Positions 39,196-48,462 of a DNA stretch of 64,000 nt are shown here, one piece after another. Made by a program: the position numbers and the translations under genes. How positions within the stretch are numbered: the stretch's first letter is position 1; every line of letters begins with the position of its first letter. The notes under the pieces are model-generated. The model saw only the letters and a program-made list of their open reading frames with translations, had not been told where the DNA came from and made no database searches. This DNA is from a virus: UHGV virus genome UHGV-1373362. One strand, written 5' to 3'.

Positions 39196-40584
39196 ATGCA
39201 ATTAACTCAATCACCAAAGTTTAATAAGAATTATGCAGCAAAGATTATATGGGTCAAGGACTTTGTTAAGCATCCAAACCCTAAGTGCGAAAGATTAAAA
39301 TGTTGTATTGTTGATGGCTATTCAGTAGCAGTTAGTGTGGATACTGAACCTGGAACCTACATTTACTTCCCAGTTGAATGTGCTATCAGTGATACATTCT
39401 TATCAGCTAATAATCTGTTTAGAGATAAGGATCGTAATAAAAACAAGGAGGAGTCTGGATTCTTCGAGGATAACGGTAGAGTTAAAATTATTAAGCTACA
39501 AGGGTATCCCTCGGAAGGATTCATAGCTCCAATTACTTACTTATATAACTGGTTATCTGTTATAGGTAACTCTAATGAGATAATCAGGGCAGAAGTTGGA
39601 ACTGAGTTTGACTCAGTTGGCAATGAGCTTCTGTGTAAGAAGTATATTCCTAAGTTTTCTAAAACTCCTGCTCAAACAGGTGGCAAGGTGACTAAAAAAT
39701 TAAAGAAAGGCATTAAAAAGGTAATAGAGAAGCAGTTTAGATTTCATTATGACACCACTTTGATAAAGAAGTGTCCTAATGTTATTAAACCTGAGTCTCT
39801 ATTATCTATAACTGCCAAAGTGCATGGAACTTCTGGTATATCAGCGTATGTACTATGTACAAGACCCAAGAAGTGGTACGAGAAAGTGTTTGAATTTTTA
39901 ACTCATAGGGAAATAGATAATACTAGATATGACTATCTATGGTCTTCTCGCTCGGTAGTTAAGAATCCATACTATAATGAAACTACTAATGGAGGATTCT
40001 ATGGGGTAGATGTATGGAAGTATGCTGATGCAATAGTACGTCCATACTTAACTAAGGGCATGACTGCTTATTATGAAATTATTGGATTCCTACCCAATGG
40101 TGGTGCAATTCAGAAGTTGGGCGGTAAAGCCTATGATTATGGATTCGTGCCGCCCTGTATTCAGACTGATTATACCCCGTATGAATATGGTAAGAATTTT
40201 GGAGTGCAAATCTACCGTCTAACTTATACTAATTTGGATGGAGTAGTATATGAATTTAGTGCAAGACAAGTACAGCAATGGTGTGAAAGAAATGGGTTAA
40301 CCCCTGTACAACAATATTACTATGGCTATGCCAAGGATTTATATCCAGATTTATCTTTAGATAATCACTGGAACGAAAACTTCATGCAGAGATTAGCTAG
40401 TGATAAAAACTTTTATATGGAGTGTAACTCACCTACATGTATGAATGATGTTCCACATGAAGGGGTTGTTATTAAAATAGAAAATAGTCTATCAGAAGCC
40501 TATAAGCTAAAGTGCATTAAATTCTTGGAAAGGGAATCTAAATCGCTGGATAAAGGTGAGGTTGACATTGAAACTGAATCTTAA
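39196..40584 (+). CDS. RNA ligase (Rnl2-like nucleotidyltransferase)
   Basis: Motif I KVHGTSG (as in T4 Rnl2 KIHGTN), motif IV HEGVVIKIE, motif V KLKCIKF. Confidence 0.6.
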   Translation: MQLTQSPKFNKNYAAKIIWVKDFVKHPNPKCERLKCCIVDGYSVAVSVDTEPGTYIYFPVECAISDTFLSANNLFRDKDRNKNKEESGFFEDNGRVKIIKLQGYPSEGFIAPITYLYNWLSVIGNSNEIIRAEVGTEFDSVGNELLCKKYIPKFSKTPAQTGGKVTKKLKKGIKKVIEKQFRFHYDTTLIKKCPNVIKPESLLSITAKVHGTSGISAYVLCTRPKKWYEKVFEFLTHREIDNTRYDYLWSSRSVVKNPYYNETTNGGFYGVDVWKYADAIVRPYLTKGMTAYYEIIGFLPNGGAIQKLGGKAYDYGFVPPCIQTDYTPYEYGKNFGVQIYRLTYTNLDGVVYEFSARQVQQWCERNGLTPVQQYYYGYAKDLYPDLSLDNHWNENFMQRLASDKNFYMECNSPTCMNDVPHEGVVIKIENSLSEAYKLKCIKFLERESKSLDKGEVDIETES

Positions 40585-40805
40585 TGGACAACGATATTGA
40601 CTTAAATGAATATTATGTTTTTTACCATATCTTGGGTTGGTTTGATTGCTGTTGGAGAACTCCACGTATGAAGATTCCTAAAGATATGGGAAGAGCATAT
40701 TTAAAAGGCAGTGATTATGCTAAGCAAGTTATTACTGACCTTATAGCGGATTTTAAGGAAGTATCTCCAGATTCTGTAGAAATACTTAGAATAGTCAAGA
40801 AATGA
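40584..40805 (+). CDS. small protein
   Basis: TAATG overlap. Confidence 0.3.
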   Translation: MDNDIDLNEYYVFYHILGWFDCCWRTPRMKIPKDMGRAYLKGSDYAKQVITDLIADFKEVSPDSVEILRIVKK

Positions 40806-41017
40806 AATTTAAACTTGAATATGTAATGGAAGTGGATGACTTGGAATTGCTTGAGATAGTTAATGACTATCTAAGACGTTCTGATGAACCCACTTTCAAT
40901 ACATTAGACGACATTCCAGAGGCTTTAATGATTGAGGCCTTAGATGAAGCTAATTATATAGAAGATGAAATTAACGACTATATGATGGTTGAAGACATTA
41001 AAATTTCTAAATTATGA
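40802..41017 (+). CDS. small acidic protein
   Basis: ATGA overlap. Confidence 0.3.
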   Translation: MKFKLEYVMEVDDLELLEIVNDYLRRSDEPTFNTLDDIPEALMIEALDEANYIEDEINDYMMVEDIKISKL

Positions 41018-41331
41018 AAAGGTTTTTAATTCATGTTTCTACATATTGGTGTGGAATGGATGATACATTCAGAGCAGTTGCTGAATCAGAGATGGACTTA
41101 TGGGATTTAGCTGAACAATTAGCTTATGGCAACTTTCAGAGCTATGGCTGTGAGAATGATATAGCTGAGGAAGAAGGTTATGACCCTGATGAAATGACTG
41201 ACGAGGATTGGGATAAATTATGGGAGACAGTAGATGAAACTGCCTACTATGACTTTACTATAGAAGAATGTGAAAATGATGATGAATGGAATGAGTACAG
41301 TGGAGAAATCCTGGGACAAGACGATGTTTAA
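41014..41331 (+). CDS. small acidic protein
   Basis: ATGA overlap; very acidic. Confidence 0.3.
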   Translation: MKRFLIHVSTYWCGMDDTFRAVAESEMDLWDLAEQLAYGNFQSYGCENDIAEEEGYDPDEMTDEDWDKLWETVDETAYYDFTIEECENDDEWNEYSGEILGQDDV

Positions 41332-42079
41332 ATTCTACGAAGTTGGAGGTAAGATAAGAGACAAACTCTTAGGTCTTACTAATAAGGATGTAGACTATGT
41401 AGCTGTGCCTACTGAGGCGTGCTATAGTAGTATTCATCCTCGTGAGTCTCAACCCTCTCCTGCTAGACTAGTATTTCAAGCATTAAAGAGCTATTTAGAA
41501 GAACAGAAGTTTGAAATCTTCTTAGTAACTCCAGATTGTTATACAATCCGAGCTAGATTTCCAGAGGGCTATAAGTATCAAGGAGTAGCTGATTTTGTAA
41601 TGGCTAGAAAGGAAGTAGGATATATTCCAGGTACTAGAATTCCAATAGTTGAGCCAGGAAATCTTTATGATGATTTATCACGTAGAGACTTTACTGTCAA
41701 TGCTTTGGCTAAAGATCCTGATACTGGAGAAATCATTGATTATTTTGGAGGAATAGAAGATTTGAAGTACAGATGTCTTAGAACTCCATTAGATACTGAA
41801 GTAACTCTCAATGATGACCCTTTAAGGATTCTTAGGGCTATTAGGTTTAAAATTACTAAGAGCTTCTCATTCCATTCAGATTTGGATGCTGGTGTTATGT
41901 GTTACCCCTACGAGGAAAGAATGAGTGTAGTATCAGAAGAAAGGATTAGAGAAGAGCTTGTTAAGTGTTTTAAATATTCTACTTACGAGACTCTGCATGT
42001 ATTGGAAACATATGATTCACTTAGAGATTATATCTTTAAAAATACTAATTTATGGCTTAAGCCAACTAGTGAAAAATAG
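41324..42079 (+). CDS. tRNA nucleotidyltransferase (class-II CCA/CC-adding head+neck, minimal form)
   Basis: VGGKIRDKLLG (GGxxRD), KDVDYVAV (DxD), RRDFTVNALA, DPLRILRAIRF. Only ~250 aa, so the body/tail domains are missing. The track start at 41270 was replaced by the ATG at 41324. Confidence 0.8.
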   Translation: MFKFYEVGGKIRDKLLGLTNKDVDYVAVPTEACYSSIHPRESQPSPARLVFQALKSYLEEQKFEIFLVTPDCYTIRARFPEGYKYQGVADFVMARKEVGYIPGTRIPIVEPGNLYDDLSRRDFTVNALAKDPDTGEIIDYFGGIEDLKYRCLRTPLDTEVTLNDDPLRILRAIRFKITKSFSFHSDLDAGVMCYPYEERMSVVSEERIREELVKCFKYSTYETLHVLETYDSLRDYIFKNTNLWLKPTSEK

Positions 42080-42999
42080 TGGAAACTAAGAAACTAATTA
42101 TCTGTAGAGGTATACAAGGCTCAGGTAAGTCTACTTGGGCTAAACAATGGTGTCACGAAGACCCAGAGAATAGAATTAGATTCAATAACGATGACATTCG
42201 TAATATGTTAGGTGACTATTGGGTTCCCAACAGAGAGAAGGTTGTTACTGCAACATATAACACTGTACTAGCTTATAGTATGGAGAAGGGTTATAATATT
42301 GTAGTAGATAACATGAACCTAAATCCAAAGACCTGTGCGGAGTTGGAGAAGATGGTTAAAGATTTTAACGAGAATTATACTTATGATTGGAAGTATGAGG
42401 TTGAGTATAAAGACTTCTTTATTCCAGTTGATGAGTGTATTCGTCGTGATGCAATGAGACCCAATCCCATTGGTGAGAAGGTTATCAAAGCAACTTGGAG
42501 AAGATATAGAGACTTTATCATCCAAGAGGACATTAATAATATGCTAAAGAGAGCACCTAAACACGTAGACGGAGGACGTCCTGTCATACTAGTTGATATG
42601 GATGCTACTTTATGCCTAAATACGTCAGGTAGACCTTACTTTGGAGAGGGTGCAGCTGAGGGTATGTTAAATGATATAGCCATAGAAGGAACCTGCGCTC
42701 TTGTTAGGCGTATGTATGAGAAGTGCAAAGTCTTTATCATTACTGGTAGAGAGGGTACTTCAGAGATTATAGAAGCTACTAAGGAATGGTTAGCTAGACA
42801 TGATATTGCTGTGGATGGATTATTCTTCAGACCAATTAAGGACTACAGTCCTGGAGCTGATTGTAAGAAGAAAATCTATAAGGATAATATTGAAGGTAAG
42901 TATAATGTTCAATTCGTTCTTGAAGACAATTACAAATGTGTCAAGATGTGGAGAGAGCAAGGCTTACTATGTCTTCAGCCTAATGAAGGGAAATTCTGA
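42079..42999 (+). CDS. polynucleotide 5'-kinase/3'-phosphatase (T4 Pnk-like)
   Basis: N-terminal P-loop kinase CRGIQGSGKST; C-terminal HAD phosphatase motif ILVDMDATLC (DxDxT). GTG start overlapping the upstream TAG. Confidence 0.75.
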   Translation: METKKLIICRGIQGSGKSTWAKQWCHEDPENRIRFNNDDIRNMLGDYWVPNREKVVTATYNTVLAYSMEKGYNIVVDNMNLNPKTCAELEKMVKDFNENYTYDWKYEVEYKDFFIPVDECIRRDAMRPNPIGEKVIKATWRRYRDFIIQEDINNMLKRAPKHVDGGRPVILVDMDATLCLNTSGRPYFGEGAAEGMLNDIAIEGTCALVRRMYEKCKVFIITGREGTSEIIEATKEWLARHDIAVDGLFFRPIKDYSPGADCKKKIYKDNIEGKYNVQFVLEDNYKCVKMWREQGLLCLQPNEGKF

Positions 43000-43166
43000 T
43001 GGCAATATTAGTAGGACAATTAATCGAAATCCTCAAGCAATTTGACCAAGATAGAGAAGTTATGATTCACACTCTAAGTGGTCAAAATGCTGAAGTTAAA
43101 GGATATTTCCCTAAAGATGATGAATACTTTTATCTAACTGACTTGGATGTAGTTCCAAGAGACTAA
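42999..43166 (+). CDS. small protein (55 aa)
   Basis: Not in the ORF track because it is under 60 aa. TGATG overlap with the pnk stop. MAILVGQLIEILKQFDQDREVMIHTLSGQNAEVKGYFPKDDEYFYLTDLDVVPRD. Confidence 0.25.
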   Translation: MAILVGQLIEILKQFDQDREVMIHTLSGQNAEVKGYFPKDDEYFYLTDLDVVPRD

Positions 43167-43169
43167 CTT

Positions 43170-43508
43170 ATGGATGATGTTAAAAAGAGGTTTCTAACCA
43201 ATACTGACGAAACTGGAAGATTCATTGTTAAATCCTTAACTACTGGTAAAACATATTATGTCGAACCAATAGGTAATGGGCATCCAGCAGATTGGGGAGA
43301 TATTAATCCTGCAACTAAGAAGATTGAAGGGGACTATGGTCAGAAATATACTGGCTGTGTATCTGAGAAAGATTCCTTAATCACAGAGGAGAATGGATTC
43401 CATTTAATTGAGACTTTAGGTCCTGGAATAAGTCCTATCAGTGTGATATATCAGAGAGATTTATCGTATGAACAATTAAATCGTATGGTACATGAAATTC
43501 ACGGGTGA
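43170..43508 (+). CDS. hypothetical protein
   Basis: ORF only. Confidence 0.4.
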   Translation: MDDVKKRFLTNTDETGRFIVKSLTTGKTYYVEPIGNGHPADWGDINPATKKIEGDYGQKYTGCVSEKDSLITEENGFHLIETLGPGISPISVIYQRDLSYEQLNRMVHEIHG

Positions 43509-44142
43509 TATTATTATAACAGACCCATGTTATATAATCAAGGAAAAGGAAGTATATGCAAAGGAGTTAGGGATAACTTTACCTGAATATCCCAAGTTTA
43601 CCGGGGATTCAGAGGCATATGGTAGGGCAATAAATGAATACTACTCCACCGTAGGCAAGTATGATGATTGGGTGAAATGCCATTGCGGGGATTCCATGCA
43701 GCTATTGGGATTTACTAATTTTATCTCTGAAACTACTAGATATGGTGATTGGAGTTGTACTACTTGGTCTACCCCTCGCAGAGATATAGAAAATCAAATA
43801 GAAGAGATAAATAAGCTTTGCGAAGAACAATTTAAACTCATAAGGGAGTATGGGGAAGATTCAGTTCAGAGCAAAATATATAGTGATAAATTATCTGATG
43901 CTACGGTAGATTTAAAGGATATTGGAAGCTTCTGTGCAGATGCCGGCATGGTTGCTGTATTTTTACTAGACGAAGTGTTGAAATATAATTCAGATTTCAA
44001 TTATCATATTAGTAAACCCTGGACAACCACACTTATTAAAGATTTTGATGGTGAGGTAGAATACCATATAGATAGTGATGACAATGTACACATCATTGGC
44101 AGAGGTAATATTAATTTCTTTACATCACAAACTGGATTTTGA
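43492..44142 (+). CDS. hypothetical protein
   Basis: ORF only. Confidence 0.4.
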   Translation: MKFTGDIIITDPCYIIKEKEVYAKELGITLPEYPKFTGDSEAYGRAINEYYSTVGKYDDWVKCHCGDSMQLLGFTNFISETTRYGDWSCTTWSTPRRDIENQIEEINKLCEEQFKLIREYGEDSVQSKIYSDKLSDATVDLKDIGSFCADAGMVAVFLLDEVLKYNSDFNYHISKPWTTTLIKDFDGEVEYHIDSDDNVHIIGRGNINFFTSQTGF

Positions 44143-44814
44143 ATGACAACTGTTGATAATTTTGACCTTATTGAGTCTATAATGGATTTTAAAAATTCAA
44201 ATGAATTTTATTTCCTACAAATCATCCAACGCAAAAAAGATGGCTGTGATACTCAAATAGGCAACAACGGATATAGGACTATTAAAGTCTACTATATCTT
44301 TAGCAAGGATCAATTCTTGAAAAAGAAAGATAAAATAAAAGAATTATGTATTAGTAACAATGCTAGGGCATACATCCATCTTAATAGGAGGAATGCAGAA
44401 GAAGTAGCCCTCCAATCCATTCAAAAATATGCACAACTTGTGGCTGAAGGTAATGCATATCAAGGTTACAGAGTATGGGATAGTGCTTGTGGTGGAACTA
44501 GAGCTAGAGGATATAAACCATTGTGGGTAGTCGATGTAGACTCTAAAGATCCTGAATATTTAAGATCCGTTATGCAAACTATTAATGAGTGCAGAGGGGC
44601 TGAGGATAATAAAATAAAATATGTTATTCCAACTCTTCACGGGTATCATATAATAACTATAGGGTTTGACTCTCAACAATTTTATAATGGATTAAAGTCC
44701 AAGGGTGTAGATATGGTGGATATTCAAAAGGACAATCCTACTTTGCTATATTTCATATCCAAAGAAGATGTCCCTAGTGTGGCTGAAAATGAACAACCTT
44801 CCTTTAGGGGCTGA
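44143..44814 (+). CDS. hypothetical protein
   Basis: TGAATG junction. Confidence 0.4.
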   Translation: MTTVDNFDLIESIMDFKNSNEFYFLQIIQRKKDGCDTQIGNNGYRTIKVYYIFSKDQFLKKKDKIKELCISNNARAYIHLNRRNAEEVALQSIQKYAQLVAEGNAYQGYRVWDSACGGTRARGYKPLWVVDVDSKDPEYLRSVMQTINECRGAEDNKIKYVIPTLHGYHIITIGFDSQQFYNGLKSKGVDMVDIQKDNPTLLYFISKEDVPSVAENEQPSFRG

Positions 44815-45013
44815 GTATGAACCATTGGCTCCGTATAATGCTAAGGAGGAGAAGGTTCCATTCAGTATAACAATATCAGGTACTGCTTGGTATGACTATT
44901 ATGGCCAGCTAGATTATGATGAAATGTATAAAGCTCTCATAGATAGATTTAGGGCCGCATTAGAAACATGTGGAGATATTGATGTATCTACAATAAACAT
45001 GTCTTTATATTAA
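44768..45013 (+). CDS. hypothetical small protein
   Basis: Overlaps the upstream gene; alternative ATG at 44789. Confidence 0.3.
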   Translation: MSLVWLKMNNLPLGAEYEPLAPYNAKEEKVPFSITISGTAWYDYYGQLDYDEMYKALIDRFRAALETCGDIDVSTINMSLY

Positions 45014-46928
45014 TGATATACTTAGTTACCAATCAGAAAATTCTTTGGGAATCTACCAGATATCAAATAGTTTCAGTAGATCAAGCTCTATCCCTATTGG
45101 GTGTACTTAGTGAAGTAGAACTTGATACCGAAACTATGGGTCTAGATCCATATACTAAGGAGTTATTAACTGTCCAGTTAGGTTGTACAGAGTTTCAAGT
45201 AGTTATTGATTGTACGTCTGTTGATATCCAACTGTTTAAACCATATCTTGAAGACCCCCAAAGAACGTTCTTAGGCTGGAATATCAAGTTTGACTTGAAG
45301 TTCCTATATCATCAAAGAATTGTTCCATTAAAGGTTTATGATGGCTATCTGGCCGAGAAGCTATTATGGTTAGGCTATCCAGCAGGTATGCATGAGATGA
45401 GCTTGAAGGCTGCCAGCATCAATTATCTAGGAGTAGATATGGATAAGTCTGTACGAGGTAAGATTATACAGACTGGACTAACAGAAGATGTTATTGTGTA
45501 TGCCGCAGGAGATGTCTCTTATCTGGGTAAGATTAGAGATAAACAACTTGTTGAATTAGAGAAGAAAGGCTTATTAAAAGCTATTGATTTTGAGAACGAG
45601 TTTGTTAAATGTTTAGCATATATAGAATATTGTGGGGCTAAGTTAGACATTGATAAGTGGAAAATCAAAATGACTACTGACCTTAATAACCTTGAGAGAT
45701 ATGAAGCAGAACTAAATGATTGGGTAGAGCGTTATTGCACAGAATACGGTGATAAGGGCTATACTATCAATCAAGTTATCCATATTGATAAATGGTATAA
45801 GTCTGAGGATGTACTCAAAGAAGAGAGAGCTAAGTTACCTCTAAATGCTGTTAGAGCACCAGAGTTTGATTCTACTGGAGCAAGTCATGACAGTGAGGCT
45901 TATGTTATTAAACAAACTGGTAACTATTGCTCTGTTAATATGCAAGGTGATTTGTTCAGCGGTTTTGATACTAAACCAAGATGTCACGTAAACTGGACTA
46001 GTTCTCAACAAGTAATCCCATTATTTGAGGAATTGGGATTGAATTTAAGAGTGTTGGATAAGAAGACCAAGCATTATAAGAAGTCTGTGGATATTAAAGT
46101 GGTAGAACCACAAGCATCTAAGAGTCCTCTAATTCCAATATATATAAAGTATAAGAAAGCTGCTATCATTGTTAATACCTTTGGTCAAAAGTTCTTAAAC
46201 TTGATAAATCCTGTAACTGGTAGAATCCATGCTAATTTCAACCAGTTAGGAACTGATACTGGTAGGTTAAGTTCAACAGAACCTAATCTTCAGAATCTAC
46301 CACACGATGCTCAAACTAGAGCGTGCTTTGTTTCCGATAAAGGTAACAGGTGGATTTCAGCTGACTATAGTGGTCAAGAGTCATATCTAATGGCATCTAT
46401 GGCTAACGATGAAGCTATGTTGGAAGAGCTAACTAATGGTAGTGGTGACTTACATAGTCTAACCGCCAAGATGGTGTTCCAACAAATTCCAAGGGATATG
46501 CCCCTAAAGGATATTAAGAAGAACTTTAAAGACCTAAGGCAGGAAGCTAAAGGTTATGAGTTCTGTTTCAATTATGGTGGTCAAGATAGTACCTTAATAA
46601 GGAATTATGGTCTCGATGCTAAAAGGGCTAAAGAAATCTATGAGAATTATATGTCTGGTTTTGCTGGATTGAAGAGGTATCAAGATTTCAGAAGAGTAGA
46701 TGTAATGCGTAAGGGTTATATCCTACTAAGTCCTATTACTGGTCATAAGGCATATATTTATGACTATGATGAACTTAAAAGACAAATGGATCTTCAATCC
46801 GAGGAGGGGTTTTGGGAGTATTACAGAGAAATGAAAAGAGATGCCCCAGAATGTGATACAGTACAGGGTGTTAGACGTTTAGCAAGACGTAAAGCGGAGT
46901 CTGAGAAGCAATCTATTAATTATCCGAT
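45013..46928 (+). CDS. family-A DNA polymerase, exon 1 (3'-5' exonuclease + polymerase motifs A and B)
   Basis: Exo I LDTETMGLDPYT, motif A DYSGQESYLMA, motif B RQEAKGYEFCFNYGG. The reading frame stops 2 codons after INYPM, before the expected QGxAAD and motif C. Confidence 0.85.
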
Positions 46929-47197
46929 GAAATGAGAGTTTGTGTCGGAGTAAAACTCCTTAAATTCGGTGGAGCCTGAAGCACAAGTCGTGAGACTAAC
47001 TGTATTGGTAATACCGAGCCAACCTAAGCAGTAATGCTTAGAAGTGTGTAGAGACTAGAATATGGATTCCTATGGGAAATAAGTAGGAAGGTAAAATTCC
47101 ACGAAAAGGGAGAATATATTATGATATTAAGATATAGTCCGAGCTACCCGAAAGGGATAGAACTAGAGGATAAAGAGCCTCTAGGATAACATAACTG
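46929..47197 (+). ncRNA. group-I-like self-splicing intron (269 nt, ORF-less) in the DNA polymerase gene
   Basis: 5' exon ends in U (…ccgaU). The intron ends in G immediately before acaagctgct. Candidate IGS gucgg (46944-48) pairs with ccgau including the U·G wobble. P2-like ggaguaaaacucc. P7-like agacua/uaguc. Locally GC-rich. Splicing restores INYPIQAAGALCFKLASIKL, matching Pol I NAPMQGTAADIIKRAM. Confidence 0.6.
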
Positions 47198-47450
47198 ACA
47201 AGCTGCTGGTGCATTGTGTTTTAAGCTAGCATCTATAAAGCTATTCAACTGGTTATTGAAGAACGGCTTGTTATTTAAGGTTAAGTATTGTATTCCAGTA
47301 CATGATGAAATTAACCTTGAAGCTCCAGATGAAATTTCAGAAGAAGTTGCAGATATATTAGTTAAATGCATGGTAAGTGCAGGTAAACCATTCTGTACAA
47401 GAGCACATTTAGGTGCTGATGTGGAGATTGGAGACCATTGGATTCATTAA
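47198..47450 (+). CDS. family-A DNA polymerase, exon 2 (motif C, C-terminus)
   Basis: After splicing the frame reads IQAAGALCFKLASIKLFNWLLKNGLLFKVKYCIPVHDEINLEAP (motif C VHDE). The track shows it as a TTG-started ORF at 47214. Confidence 0.8.
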
Positions 47451-47451
47451 T

Positions 47452-47673
47452 ATGGGTAAGTATATAGACTTAAGTTCAGTAATTGATGTAGAACCTGAAG
47501 TATGTGAGGTACTTCCTCTTATTGAAGATGATGACCTTCAATATGAATTTTGGCAGAGATTAGATGAAGGATTCTTTAAAGACTTTCTTTGTAATCACTG
47601 TAATGAGAATGACCTCAGTATAATGAAGGAAATTCTCGACGAGATAATAGAAGATTCTAAGGATGCAGACTGA
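47452..47673 (+). CDS. small acidic protein
   Basis: ATG at 47452 just after the polymerase stop. Confidence 0.35.
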   Translation: MGKYIDLSSVIDVEPEVCEVLPLIEDDDLQYEFWQRLDEGFFKDFLCNHCNENDLSIMKEILDEIIEDSKDAD

Positions 47674-48190
47674 GATTGAGAGAAAGTTCCTAACCACTAG
47701 CAGCTTGTTTAAGGAGCAGGCTGTTAGGGTTATGAATATACAGCAAGGATACATAGGGACTACAAGTAAAGGAGAAGCTAGAGTATCTATAAGAGACGAG
47801 AAAGCATGGATTATAGTCAAATCTAATGAAAGACTGTCAAGGTTGGAGTATGAAATTCCTATTCCTAAGAAGGATGCAGAAGAATTACTTAAAAGAACCT
47901 GTGGTAGGATTATTCATAAAACTCGTTATATCATTCCAGCAACATCTGGTATGTTGAAATGGGAAGTAGACGAGTTTCATGGAGAGGATGAAGGCTTAAT
48001 AATTGCTGAGATAGAGTTACCATCAGAGGATATGCCATTTGAAAAACCTCAATGGCTTGGTAAAGAAGTAACACAAGATACTACTTATTATAACTCTACA
48101 CTCTCTAAAACATCTTGGAAAGCTATTCAGAAGTCATATGCTGAAGCTAAAGCTTGGGATGATTGGAGGGATTCATTAGTAAAAGGATGA
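47663..48190 (+). CDS. CYTH-domain protein (triphosphate tunnel metalloenzyme)
   Basis: N-terminal EIERKFL signature of CYTH/CyaB-thiamine triphosphatase domains, with acidic residues along the beta-strands. About 175 aa. Confidence 0.55.
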   Translation: MQTEIERKFLTTSSLFKEQAVRVMNIQQGYIGTTSKGEARVSIRDEKAWIIVKSNERLSRLEYEIPIPKKDAEELLKRTCGRIIHKTRYIIPATSGMLKWEVDEFHGEDEGLIIAEIELPSEDMPFEKPQWLGKEVTQDTTYYNSTLSKTSWKAIQKSYAEAKAWDDWRDSLVKG

Positions 48191-48462
48191 AGTATAGGAA
48201 GAAACCAGTTATCATTGAAGCTATACAGTTTGAAGATAATTCAGACCGTATTATAGAAATTCATGAGTTTATGGGAGGTGATACTATAAGAGTAAACTAC
48301 GAAGATAAGGATAATCCTTATTTGAAGATTGAGACTCTTGAAGGTATAATGAAAGCCTCTGTTGGAGATTATATCATTAAAGGAGTGAATGGGGAGTTCT
48401 ATCCTTGCAAGCCAGATATATTTGAGAAAACTTATGAAAGAGTGATTGATGAGGCTGATTAA
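48187..48462 (+). CDS. hypothetical protein
   Basis: ATGA overlap; the track start is TTG. Confidence 0.35.
   Translation: MKYRKKPVIIEAIQFEDNSDRIIEIHEFMGGDTIRVNYEDKDNPYLKIETLEGIMKASVGDYIIKGVNGEFYPCKPDIFEKTYERVIDEAD

Noticed and set aside
46929-47197. Programmed frameshift or tRNA gene as an explanation for the split polymerase
   Set aside because: The downstream segment is 269 nt away with stops in between, so a +/-1 frameshift cannot join them. The region has no cloverleaf or T-loop (GTTCRA) signature.
47214-47450. Track ORF starting at 47214 as an independent small gene
   Set aside because: Its 'M' is a TTG. The frame continues upstream to 47198 and encodes the missing C-terminal motif C (VHDE) of the family-A polymerase. 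It is interpreted as exon 2 after intron removal.
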